In this document: positions 10,560-21,392 of the stretch, piece after piece
Layout: the number at the start of each line of letters is the position of its first letter
Position numbering within the stretch: the stretch's first letter is position 1
Assembly (NCBI GenBank): GCA_000826855.1
Contig: JTLS01000096.1
Coordinates: 1 to 32,008, forward strand
DNA: 32,008 nt
Reading direction: 5' to 3'
Source: Basidioascus undulatus
Lineage: Eukaryota
Notes under the pieces: model-generated
The model's database searches: none
Told to the model about the DNA's origin: nothing
What the model saw: the letters and a program-made list of their open reading frames with translations, nothing else
Translations under genes and position numbers: made by a program

Positions 10560-12302
10560 TCGACAAGGTTTTTGTAAGGAAGACGAGGTGAGGCGAGTAA
10601 GTGAGATGGAGTCGGGAAGGGAGCGACGAGCCTCGCTCAAGGAGTTCGAGTCGGCTTGCAACGTGCTGCAGAGGGCCGTTGAGCCTACCGCGTACCCAAT
10701 CAGCCAGAATTTGACGCCAACGTAAAGTATATCAACTAAAGGCTCTCATAGGTAAGCGTCGAGATCGCCTAAGTTGTTTCCATAGAGGGCCTTAATCGAC
10801 TGCGGCAACTGCTGCATGCAGCGCTCATGCAAGATGCGGCTTCAAATCAATGACTGAGAATAGAACTTCTGGTCGTGCATGTTTAATTTTTTTCTTTTAT
10901 CTTATGCGCCGTACATAACAAGAAACTCATCCAACTGAAAGTAGGTTGCGGTGCGCACCACTGTGCTAAAGCGACGAGGAAATGTAGGCTCAAGCCCCGC
11001 ACGATTCCGAGTGATGCTGCACCGGTGCGAACTAATGGCCTGTCCGGCTTGCCAGACTTATATCAGATCCTGGCTGAAAAGGAGCTCTTACTATCCCCCA
11101 GGAAACTTTGATACAACGCCCCCGCAGTCTGATCTTTCGGAGCAAGACGTTCCACTCACATTCACAGACTTTCAGCTCGCGCGGCGGGTGTTACGCAAGC
11201 CTCAACCCCTCGCTCCACCCAAATTTATCTAGTATTGGTTTAGGGAATTTTGTCCTCAGCTAGAGTAGAACCTGTCTCGTGAGCCGTGTCTGTAATTCAC
11301 ACTGCAGGTCAATGCGGTGAGCTCCTAGCTAGCGCCCATTGGGCGCATCCGAAAAGGACTTTGATATGCACCAACATGTGTTCAAGTCTCTATACGCTTT
11401 AGATTAACTTCTATTCACAGCCTAAAAGAGTATATATTCAACGCATTCCCCGGTATGCAGTGGGTTGATTATGGGTCAATAGGCACCATGGAAACTCTTC
11501 AGCAATGATGAAGACGTGTCAAGTGCTGGATCAAGTCCGAGAGCTCACTTCGATGCCCTGACCACCTAGTTTGAAGGGCAGCGTTTGTCCCGAGGCTGGC
11601 GCAAGGGGTGGACCGTCGGCGGAGGACACCCAGTCAGCCCTCGTGCTCTCGTTCCTTCTGCGCCGTCATCATAAGAAGCTCATTTCAAACACTCAGGATC
11701 TAATGTTCTCTCTACCCCTAAGCTACCTCAAAATGCTCCCCAACACGAAGGACGGCCCAGCGACTCCAGACAACAGCGAGCCGTCCAATCGCCCGACCGC
11801 TTGACGGCAGAGCAATGCGTCGCCCTTCCGCGCTCAGCTCACAGCGTCGATCGCAGAGGCGTACCTGAGCGCCATCAACATCCGGGACCAACACTGACTC
11901 TATGCGAACTGCCGAAAATTCACCGCCTGCACATCATTTCCAGATTGTAACAGTTGCGGGAGGGCCAAAGAGACTTGAATCATGTTCGGCTGCACTGGGC
12001 CCGTGCAGCGTTCACGCGTTTCACTGCAGAATGCATGGCAGGTTCAGCTTTGGCGTGCTCTGAACTGAGATTGCCCCACCGTATCCTACCACTCGAGCAA
12101 TTATATTACTGATTGTTGTGCAAGCTCGAATTTGGTGCCAGAGATCAAGTGGACACTGAAGAGGGTCTTCTCTTTGGCGCTCCCCTGGTCCACGTTGAAG
12201 TGCTCCCGGTCGGCGGGGCACCGCATCGCGTCCCACACGCGTCTTCCCTCTTCCCTCTTGCCTTCTTCCAGTTCCGCACTTCACTTGATCGCTACTGATC
12301 GC

Positions 12303-13879
12303 ATGGCGTCTTCATCGTCGCTACAACAATCTCATATCTCACCCCCAGCGGCGGCGCCTAGCCGGTGGACGTTCACCCAGGGTCTCCTGCTTGGGCAGCT
12401 CTCGTTCTTCGTTCTCCTCATTCTCCTCCTTCGCTATTTCATTTTCGAAGACGCGGATGCCGCGCTCGAGAATGAGCGGAAGCGAGTCCGTCTTTCGATC
12501 TTTGCCATCCCTCCGTTCCGCTCCCCGAACCTTCGACTTATCTCACCCTCGCGTCCTTCAGCGACTCCGCCGAGCCCCGCATCCCCCTTCCTCCCCTCGT
12601 CTCCAACAACGCCCACCCATTCTCGTGAAGACGTCATACGACCTCTCCACGCATGCTCCCGAAAGCACCGACTGGTTGAATGTCCTCCTCGCGCACGCGT
12701 TCGTCGGATACCGTGATGAGCTGCGCCGGGAGGGACGCGTTGTGCTAGAGGAAGCGCTCAATCGCGGAGGAGCGAAGGCAGGAGGGGTGTTGGTGCGTGC
12801 TGGTTTTGAGCTTGGGAGAGTGGCGGGAACTGATGGGCGATCTTGGAGTGAGCAGGACAAGATCGTAGTGACCGAGGTGGACTTTGGAGAGGGCTTCCCG
12901 CTCTTCTCCAACGCGCGGATCCGACCAGCCGACGACTCTGGGCGTATGGTTCGTCTCCCAACTCTTACTTGCCGGCTACCTCCGTTCCTTCCAGGCTTGC
13001 AGGCTGATCATTTGCCCCTCATCTTCGCTCCAGCGCGCCGAGATCGACCTCGACTACTCCGACCATCTCTCCCTCTCGCTCGAAACCAAGCTACTCATCA
13101 ACATTCCCCGCCCCCGGTTCGCGGTGCTCCCAATCGCGTTGGGCCTTCATCTCGTTCGTTTCTCCGGGACAGTACGTCACCCCAACCCTCCCCTTTCTGC
13201 TCACCCTTTTTCCACTTCCCACTTCCCACTTACTCTTCTGGCAATGTAGCTCTCCATCGAGCTGCACCACCACTCCCCCACCACCACGCCGCAGAACAAC
13301 GTCCGCCTCTCCCTCCACCCCGACTTCCGTCTCTCCCTCCGCTGCACGTCCCTCCTCGGCAGCCGCGCAAAGCTCCAGGACGTGCCCAAGGTCGAGCAGC
13401 TCGTCGTCTCCCGCCTGCGCGCGTTCGTCGGCGACCGCATGGTCTGGCCGCGCTACTGGCGGGTCGGATTGCCTGGACTAGGTAGGGGTATGAAGAAGGA
13501 GCCTGCTGCGCCGGAGGAGGCGAAAGCGGAGGCGCCGGCACAGGCGAAGGCGGATTCGGAAGCGCAGGGGCCGGTGGCAGGCGAGGGTGAGGTCGAGGGA
13601 GAAGAGGTCTGCGACGACGCGATGGTTCGCGCGCTGGAGGAGATGCAGAAGGAGGTTGGGGAGGGGCTGAGGAGGCGGGCGAACGCCGCGTCCGCTGCTG
13701 GGGGAGCTTCCAGCGGCACACCGGGCACGGACAACCCATCAAGGTCTCCGGGGTCTACGCCCGCGCCAGCTCCGTCGCCGCCGGGCGTGTGGTCCCCGCC
13801 ACCGAGTTTGAGCATGCCTGGCAGCGTCGCGGGCTGGAGCGCGGGCGTGAGTGCTGCTGCTGCGGGGAGCGGGTCATGA
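12303..13879 (+). CDS. MMM1: ERMES subunit Mmm1 (maintenance of mitochondrial morphology 1; TM helix + SMP domain), 424 aa
   Basis: Exons 12303-12485, 12562-12792, 12856-12948, 13034-13171, 13250-13879; all four introns are GT-AG and phase 0. Hallmark motifs: WTFTQGLLLGQLS..RYFIF, ESTDWLNVLLA, FPLFSNARI, ETKLLIN.PRPRFAVLP, SLLGSRAKLQDVPK. Confidence 0.96.
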
Positions 13880-14781
13880 CATGCATGTTCGTCACTCAAG
13901 CATGATCTGTCGAAGTGATCTGAGGGAGTGGATGTATGTGGGTTCGTGTGCCCGTTAGGTTTAGAAGGATCGTGCTATGAGAGGGGCTCAAAGGAAGAGG
14001 ATGAAGTTAACCTTCGCAAAGCGCAGCGGTCAAGATGAGTACCTACGTTTTAACGCCGGGTAGGCTGTCAACGGCAATAACAATGTGCTGGATTAGTTTC
14101 CCCTTCTCTGGATCGCCAGATTTAGACCGTATACCTCTTGCACACCTAGGTAGGAATAATGCTGCAGCGCTGTGGGTTCACGGCAGATCTGCAGGGCGAG
14201 CGAAGGCTCTCATGCGTCTCTCTTTCTCACGGTGCGCGCTGCACAAGATGCATCAATTCCGGGGGGAGGACAGAACGCTGAACATGATAGACATTAGAAA
14301 CAAGCATGCTCGTGGCAGATCTGCTACAGCTGCTAATCAACGCACGCCCCGAACTCCCCCACGGATCGAACAGCTGCGACCCAGCGGGGCTATTGGCCGA
14401 AGAGACGCCACGACGGCTGTCTGTAGGGAAACTTGTAAGTCTTTCAATGGAAGCCCACCTTCCTCACACGCAAGAACTCCATGAACACGTCCTGCCAACA
14501 TGTCCAGTGTCAGTCTTTGCCGTTTCGGCCTCTCCAGTCTACATTCACACTCGCATTACCGTCCGTCACGTCCATGAGCCCGTGTTTCAGGACACGGGCC
14601 CAGAAAGCCGGGACGCTTGTCCGGTTCCAGCAGCAAGAGAAGTGCGACGACGCCTTGCAAGCGGGTGTCGAGCATGTTGACCAAGTCCTCTGGAAACGCA
14701 GGCAAACCGAGATCGCAACCAGTCCCAGATGCGGCTACTGGGAAGTAGGGGTCCTGGCGTTTTGTGGAGCTTTGTGGAGGA

Positions 14782-15876
14782 CTATGGTGTGAAGCGGTTC
14801 GAGAAGGATGTGCTCAAGTCGGTCTCGAAGGAGGAGAAAAAACGCCGCTTCTTTTGGGAGCTCGACAGGTCCAGTGACTTAGGAGAAGGTACTCTTGGAG
14901 GATGAAAATTCCCCAGCGCAGGCAGACCGTCCTCTTCTGGAAAGCGTACAGCGCGATATCGTCGATGCACGCTCAGTGCCACAGTACCACTGGCTCCATA
15001 AGCCTCGATCAGTGAGTGCGCCCTTGCGGGCGAGAGACACCGAATGATGAGGGGCGAGATTTGGGCGTCCTGGTCGGTCTTCAATACGAGGCAAGAACAG
15101 TCGAATGTTCGAAAGAAGTCGACGTCGCTGAGCACGAGCTGGGGGAGAGGCGGGTCCCCTCGTGCGATGCGAAGGTCGCGCGGAATGTGCGCGTACAGCG
15201 CACAGTGGCGGAACAAGAGCGGTCTTTCCTGCAGGGTACGGATAGCGCAGGCGCGGTCCTGCTCGCTGTAAAAGTGCACCACGGACTCGTCGTTGCGCTG
15301 CCCTCTCGTGATTGAGTAAATACGCCCGAATTCGCGCAGGCTGTCGAAGGCCGTCGCGGGATGCTCTACGGCGTGCACAATAGTGCCATCAGCCCCGCTG
15401 GCCCCCAAACTGTTCGCAATCGAGAATGATAAAAGGCGTAACTGTTGTTGAAGGCCAATCACAAATGCGAAGAAGGGCGTGCGGCAGGTTGCGGGTCGCA
15501 GGTGGAAGAACAGCGCGCTGTCCCCGCCGCGACGGTTGACCCTGCAGGCCAGCATAGGCTTTCTCAGCTGCGGGTGCGATAACGCTAAACGTTCTTCTAA
15601 TATTCGACATCTCGGGAGACTCACCTGTCTCGACACACTCGAACACCGCTCTGCGATACCTTCGCCACCAGCCAGCACTTTCTTGTCTGTGGTATTGTCT
15701 CTCGTTGAGGTCTTGAAGAAATGATGGCGGTACGGGTAAGAAGCCGGTCGGGAAGGAGGAGCCGGGCGTGTCGGCTGCGGACGACCAGGACTCGGAGGAC
15801 GGAGAAGAGTCCAGGGCTTCGCGCCTCGTCCGTTCTTCCGCCCCTTAGAGGCCAACAGCATCAACTTTGATGTCAA
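14782..15876 (-). CDS. Uncertain 364-codon ORF or pseudogene with degenerate RRM-like segment(s)
   Basis: AFDSLREFGRIYSI..VVHFYSEQDRACAIRTLQERPL (about 15355-15213) resembles an RRM. A GTGAGT..CGCAG intron-like element lies near 15624-15568. The true start and frame of the 5' part are unclear. Confidence 0.35.
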   Translation of the reverse strand: MTSKLMLLASKGRKNGRGAKPWTLLRPPSPGRPQPTRPAPPSRPASYPYRHHFFKTSTRDNTTDKKVLAGGEGIAERCSSVSRQVSLPRCRILEERLALSHPQLRKPMLACRVNRRGGDSALFFHLRPATCRTPFFAFVIGLQQQLRLLSFSIANSLGASGADGTIVHAVEHPATAFDSLREFGRIYSITRGQRNDESVVHFYSEQDRACAIRTLQERPLLFRHCALYAHIPRDLRIARGDPPLPQLVLSDVDFFRTFDCSCLVLKTDQDAQISPLIIRCLSPARAHSLIEAYGASGTVALSVHRRYRAVRFPEEDGLPALGNFHPPRVPSPKSLDLSSSQKKRRFFSSFETDLSTSFSNRFTP

Positions 15877-16240
15877 TGAGCTCCCTCTGTGTGTTGCAGA
15901 CTTCGACGTTTTCGAACTTCCCGAGGTTTACGACCCTTCGGACTACACGCCGGAGGACGTGCTCGCACCGCACAAGCGGTCCCCAGTGCAGATAAAGATG
16001 CTTTGTGTACGCTTGCTGGTCTTGCTGACGTTTTTTTTATGAAGCTTGAGTCCTCACCTTGTGCCGGTCCATGGAGCGCAGAAAATCGCCGGCCTGCACT
16101 GGGACCGCGGCTTCGGTGAGTCGACCAGGTTCTACAACCACGACCCGGAGGACATCGGAGAGCTCTGCAGCATAGTGCGTAATCGAGCATCATATTGGTA
16201 TCAAGCCTTCAGCTGAGTAGACGTACAGCGGCGCAAGACC

Positions 16241-16516
16241 GTGCAAGAGGTGACTGGGGTCGACTACCTCGCTCCTGTGCACATCCCCGCTCCTCAGGGT
16301 GTTGCTCCTTACGCGGGCAAGATCCACCCCTCGATCGTGACGCTGTTCCATGCTTCCGCGTCGGTGAATGGATCTGACTTCCGGCGGTTCACAGGGCCGT
16401 GGAGCGTGACGCGGCAAGGCCTTGTACGTCGGGGACAGCGTGGTCGCGTAGGGCTCAAGGACGGGGTTTGGGCGTTTGAGATGCTTTTCGAGATGTACTA
16501 TGGCCTTGATGAGTAA
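16241..16516 (+). pseudogene. Isolated coding-like fragment (possible last exon of a decayed gene)
   Basis: About 90 codons with coding-like bias (VDYLAPVHIPAP..GKIHPSIVTLFHAS..FEMLFEMYYGLDE*). No ATG or upstream exon identified. Confidence 0.2.
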
Positions 16517-17259
16517 ACTTGACCTACAAAATTTTGGTACCCCAACGACCATGCAAGCTCTTTCCGAGCGAGAATGAGACATCCAAGCAGTCGAAGCTTC
16601 CCTGAATGAAAACTACAACATGAACCCGATTTCCGAGCAACAATTTACTTCCATGTGCATACCTAAAGACAATGGCCAAGATGCTATCAATGGTTCGCAC
16701 TGTAAAGTGTAGGGCGGCGCGGAAGTGGAGACAGCGTCGTCGCGTCTTTCAAACAGAATATCGCGAATGACGGTGCTGGTGTGATCTACCACGAGTATAC
16801 CCAAGGGGATAAAGACGCCATGAGAACCTCGTGTGCGACGGATACGCGCAGGAGTGACAGACTTCGCCAGGCAGCATGCCGGCGGTGTGCGAACTTGAAA
16901 ACTCAAACTGGCAGACCAGAAACATTGCATGGCATAGCACAGTGCGGCCACAGAGACAGAGACACAGAGGAAAGCTGTAAAATATGAAGCAGACGAACGT
17001 ATGTAGGCGTATGTACGAACAACAAATCCTTCCCCTCTCTCCACCGCTACACAGACGAAGCACCGCGGCACGTAGACCACCCGCTCCCGCTGCCGTCCTC
17101 CCAATTCAATCCACACCCTGCGAGTCCAGCGGCCCACCCCTCCCCTAAATGAGAAAGCAGAAGTGTCGTTCATCCCTCGGCGCCCAGCGCCCAACAAATG
17201 TACCCTGGTTCCCTCCCACATCCTATGTCCCACGAACCACTAGCCAACCAGCGGTGAGC

Positions 17260-18738
17260 TCATACGAGCCCGTCGTACAAGCTGAGCGCTTGGACGATCG
17301 TCGGGTCCTTCTTCGAGCCTTCGACACTGCACAACCACAATCACATCCATCACCACCGTGTGTCAGCACGCGAATCGCAGTGAACGCGCCGAAGATGCAG
17401 AGTGCGTAGGAAGCGCAGGGAAGGGGCGGACGGGACGCACAACTCCTCAAAGTCCAACCGCGCGTTGTGGTCCTTGTCCATAGCGCGGAAGATCTTGTCG
17501 ACGCGCTTTTCGGGCGTGTCTTCGTCCTCTGGCCTGTGGGACGTCCCAATTACAATCGCAATCGCAAGTCCAACCAGCGTCAGGCACAGCAGGTGGGAGA
17601 AACAGAGGGAGAGGGAGGAAACGCACAGCTTGACGATGCTCCCGCTCATGAGGTAGATGCTCCGCACGATCGTGAGCATCTCGTCGTACGTGATTGTCCT
17701 GTTACAGGTCGCCGCGACACCCAGTCCAACGAGGCATGCATTATCAGAAACCGTCTTGCGCTGTGAGGTGGGTGTGCAGAAAGGCCAGGACGCACCCGTC
17801 TTGATCGATATCGTATCTGCCCAGGCGTGCCACCACGTATGAGCATTCGATCGCTCCCGGAAGAAAGGCGGGAAGGGGAGGACGAGAGAAGGCAAGGCGA
17901 TACGCACAACTGGAACGCCCACTTGAGCTTCTCGTCCAGCTTGCCTCGAGAGGTAACGCTCAGAGCGGTCAAGAACTGTCGTCGCAGAACCGCGAACTAC
18001 TTTTCAGTACCTCCCTCAGCTAGTACCCGAAGAGTAGTGCGCACCTCCCGGAAGTTGATCTTTCTGCAGCGGCCGTCGCTCCAGCGTGTCAGCTAGGACG
18101 AGAGAGGCTGGGACGGGTACAGGAAGGCCACGGACCCGTTCCCGTCTTTATCAAACACTTTGAATACGTGCTTTGAGAACTCTGCCGGGTTGCCGAAGGG
18201 GAAGAACTGGGGGTGAGGAGTGGGGTCGAGAGCGGGGTGTCAGTAAGGGCACGGACACGGAGTGGCTGCTTCGTGCGCCGGCCTCATCCCTCCGGCCTCA
18301 TCAAGCCAGCTTGCACCGCTCCTCCCGGGGCGTCCACGTCGCTCCCTTGCCGCCCCCTGTCTGTCGATCATCCCCTCCGCCGCCCTGCATTCTTCAAGCC
18401 TCCCCACTTCAAAACTCACCTGCTTGTAGATCTCCGAGAACGCCTTCTCGTCCAGCTCCCCGCTCGGGCAGTCCTTGTGGAAGCCCTTCCACCTGTCGTC
18501 CACCACCCATCATCGCCGCAGGCCGACCCGTCCACCAGAATCAGCATGGCCTTCTCCCTACCCCTGTGCGTGGCCGAGACCGACCACTGCTGGATCTCCT
18601 TCTTGTCGACTGATCTTCCTCACCCGTGATCAGCACACGCGGGAAAGAAAGGGAGGTGGGAAGGCCGGACGAACAGTACGTCTCCTTGAGCAGGTCGTCC
18701 AGGTCCCCTGGCGGCATCTTTGACGATTTGTTGCCCAT
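17260..18738 (-). CDS. NCS1: Neuronal calcium sensor-1 / frequenin (myristoylated EF-hand protein), 190 aa
   Basis: Exons 18738-18675, 18609-18585, 18492-18420, 18206-18136, 18063-18045, 17975-17908, 17816-17796, 17698-17627, 17533-17441, 17326-17260 total 573 nt (190 aa + stop). Motifs: MGNKSS myristoylation site, [62 protein letters not shown]. Confidence 0.98.
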
Positions 18739-19809
18739 CTTTGTCGGTTAGTCTCTTTCTGGTTTGAGTGGATAAGGGTATCGGGCTGCGTAGATGGTGA
18801 TGGTAAGAAGAAAAGAAGGGCGGCAGAGGGCAAGCCAAGAGTGTGGATGGTCGAGATGGTCGATGGAAGCGGTGCAGGGCCGTTCGTGCCTTCGATAGAA
18901 GCCCGGCGCGTCCGTCCACGCGCGTCATCCGCCCCCCGCCCGCCGAGTCCAGACCGCCACATTTCGCGGGCGTCGCTTTGCGCTGGCCAACGACAGAGGC
19001 GGTGTTGCGGATTTCTTTACTCAGCTTTCAGGTTCTAACAGCACAGGACGAAACACTTGCTTACAGAAAATCCGTCTTTGTCAAGAGCAAGCAAGCATGC
19101 TGACGTATCAGAGTGTGACAGTCTGACATCAGGCTGTCACGGCAGGTCAAGGTCGCTGCGCTGCTGCATTGCGTGCACTGCTTTCTCGTAACCGCTCCCA
19201 GAGGCATGAGCAGTAAGGATCAATCTTAGAGCCAGTAAACGCGCCAAAATTCCACCCGAATCCGACGGTATTCAACGTGCGCAGTAGCGAAGAGTCCTAT
19301 CTAGGCTGCAGGTGTTTCACCCACAGGAATACGCACTGCATCCGTTTCCAGACAAAAATAACGGTAAATCAAGTGCTCTAGCATTTGATGAAGTTCCAAC
19401 AGAACTGAGACCCATGCTTGCTCGATGTTGCACGCTAGCTTTGGGGCTGGGCTAACTCTCTAATTTCTTAACAATCTTACCACCTGAGGTTCTGCAAGTT
19501 TCGTCCCTGTGTCTGGTCTAGGAACATCGTTAGACGCCATAAACCTTTTGCTGATATCTGCTTAATCTCACAGAGCCACGCGTGAGGCGCGTCGAGCCTT
19601 GGGGTCGCTACCGTAGCGACGAGCGACGATCGAAAGGCGTTGAGAGTACAGAAAGAGTTGAGCATGGAAGAAGCGAGTATGTGAGGGCTCAGAGGGACGA
19701 GTGGGAGAAAAACCGATGGTTGTGGTCGAGAATCAAGGAGTCAAGGGGCTTCGAAAGGAGATCGGTAGCCAACTAATCTCCTTCCTCCCCTCACCCGCCA
19801 TCCCGAGCA

Positions 19810-20998
19810 ATGTCTTCACCTAGCACTGCTCTTTCCGTGGACACGCTTTCCGAAGCGGCCAAGACTGCCATCTCTCAGCGGGATTTCGCTCTCTCCCGTC
19901 TTCACGCTCTCCAGGCCTCCCCCGCGTTCTTCCACGAGGACCTCCTCAACCAGCCCGCAGTCTGCAACGAGCTGACCCCCGACTCGCGCGGGCGCGCACG
20001 CACGATCCCCGACATCCAAACCGCAGCTGCTCGAGCACATCTTCGTGAATACATACCACTACGCGTACATCGCCGCGGCACAGTCCGCGCTCGCGGACCA
20101 GGCGCTTGCGCTGAGGGGGCGCCCGCTGTCGGCGACGGACTTCCTCGATCGCGATACGCAGCTGCGGCGGGCGCGTCCGATGATGGAGGGCATGGAGCGC
20201 ATTCGGAGATGCAGGATGCCTGCGGTCGGCGGACTGCTGGGCGTGCCTCGGATGCTGAAATACATTGTTCGAGCCAATGTGAGTCCGCTGCTGTTCCGTC
20301 ATGTAACTTGTGCGCCAGAGTGGTCGTTTAGTTCACCTGCCGGTCGGGCTTGGATCAAGCATACGCGCGGGCCTCGCGAGGAAGGCGAGGCAGCGAGCAT
20401 GATCTTCCACCCGGAGTACATGGATCCTCGACCCTCTCGATCGGCCCATAGCGCGTGAGACGCTGGAGAGCATCCTTCGATCGGTCGAGCAGACTTATGT
20501 CGATGTGGGCGGGAAGCCCCCTGTGCGGACGTTCTATCTCGACGACCGCGACTTTGTCGACCCGCGCTGGACGTGGCTCGGCGAGAGCGAACACCTGGTC
20601 TACCATGTCCCGCGCAAGGTCGCCAAGGTCTTCAGGTGCCTGCTTTTGGATGCCGGTGGACGGAGGAGACTCGCCCAAGGGCGCACTGAAGTGGCCTGAA
20701 GTCGCGAGGGTGCGTCTTGCCTTCCCTCGTCTCTCACGAGCCTTCTCTCGCCGAAGCTCACCCTTTTCTTTGCCCCATCTCTCAGGCATTCCGTGCCCTC
20801 CGCTTTCGGCCCACCTTCTACGAAGGCTCGGGCGTGCCACTCGACCGGCGCGTCCGACCGGCTTTTCGCCCTCAACCGGCCCGCGAGCGGCACGTCTACC
20901 GTGGAAGATATCCAAATCCTCGGCGAGCGGCTGCGGCAGACTTACGGCTGGCGGGCTGGGTGGTTCGAAGCCAGGGGCGGTGGTGGTCGTTGGACTGA
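19810..20998 (+). pseudogene. Decayed member of a fungal protein family with a C-terminal HicA-like (dsRBD-fold) tail
   Basis: N-terminal RDFALSRLHALQASPAFF. C-terminal KVFRCLL / GALKWPEVAR|AFRALRF..EGSGV / LGERLRQTYGW..WF is spread across frames. Introns near 20279-20330 and 20710-20785. Frameshifts near 20027, 20420, 20655 and 20840, and a stop at 20456-20458. Confidence 0.65.
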
Positions 20999-21392
20999 GC
21001 GGGAAACGAGTCGAGGCACGACGCAGGGCGTTTCTCCTTCCTCCTTCTTTGTCGTAATTTTATGCACGGACCACGGACGCTCCGGACGATGGACATATTT
21101 ACCATGATGTGCTGCCCAGACATTGGCTGCGTGATCTGGACAGCGACGGTTTGTCGCCCTGACGCTCGCTGCATTCCTCTGGCGCTCTGTCTTGCCATCT
21201 TCCACAGACGCATGTCCTGTTCTCGCCGGTAGATTTTCTGCATACCACTAGCATCCGAACATGCATCCGTCGTTGTGCGACATCAATTCTCAACTAAGCT
21301 CGTACATCAACGTTTTCACTCTCCCGCCAACATCAACCCAAACAACCTACAACACTCGCACCTTCTCCCAATCCGAAAGCGTCCGTGTCGCT

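Noticed and set aside
11332..11346. GCGCCCA-T-TGGGCGC palindrome
   Set aside because: A 7-bp arm with no supporting context, compatible with chance.
12391..13485. 364-aa plus-strand ORF treated as an independent protein
   Set aside because: It is read-through of MMM1 exons and introns in GC-rich DNA.
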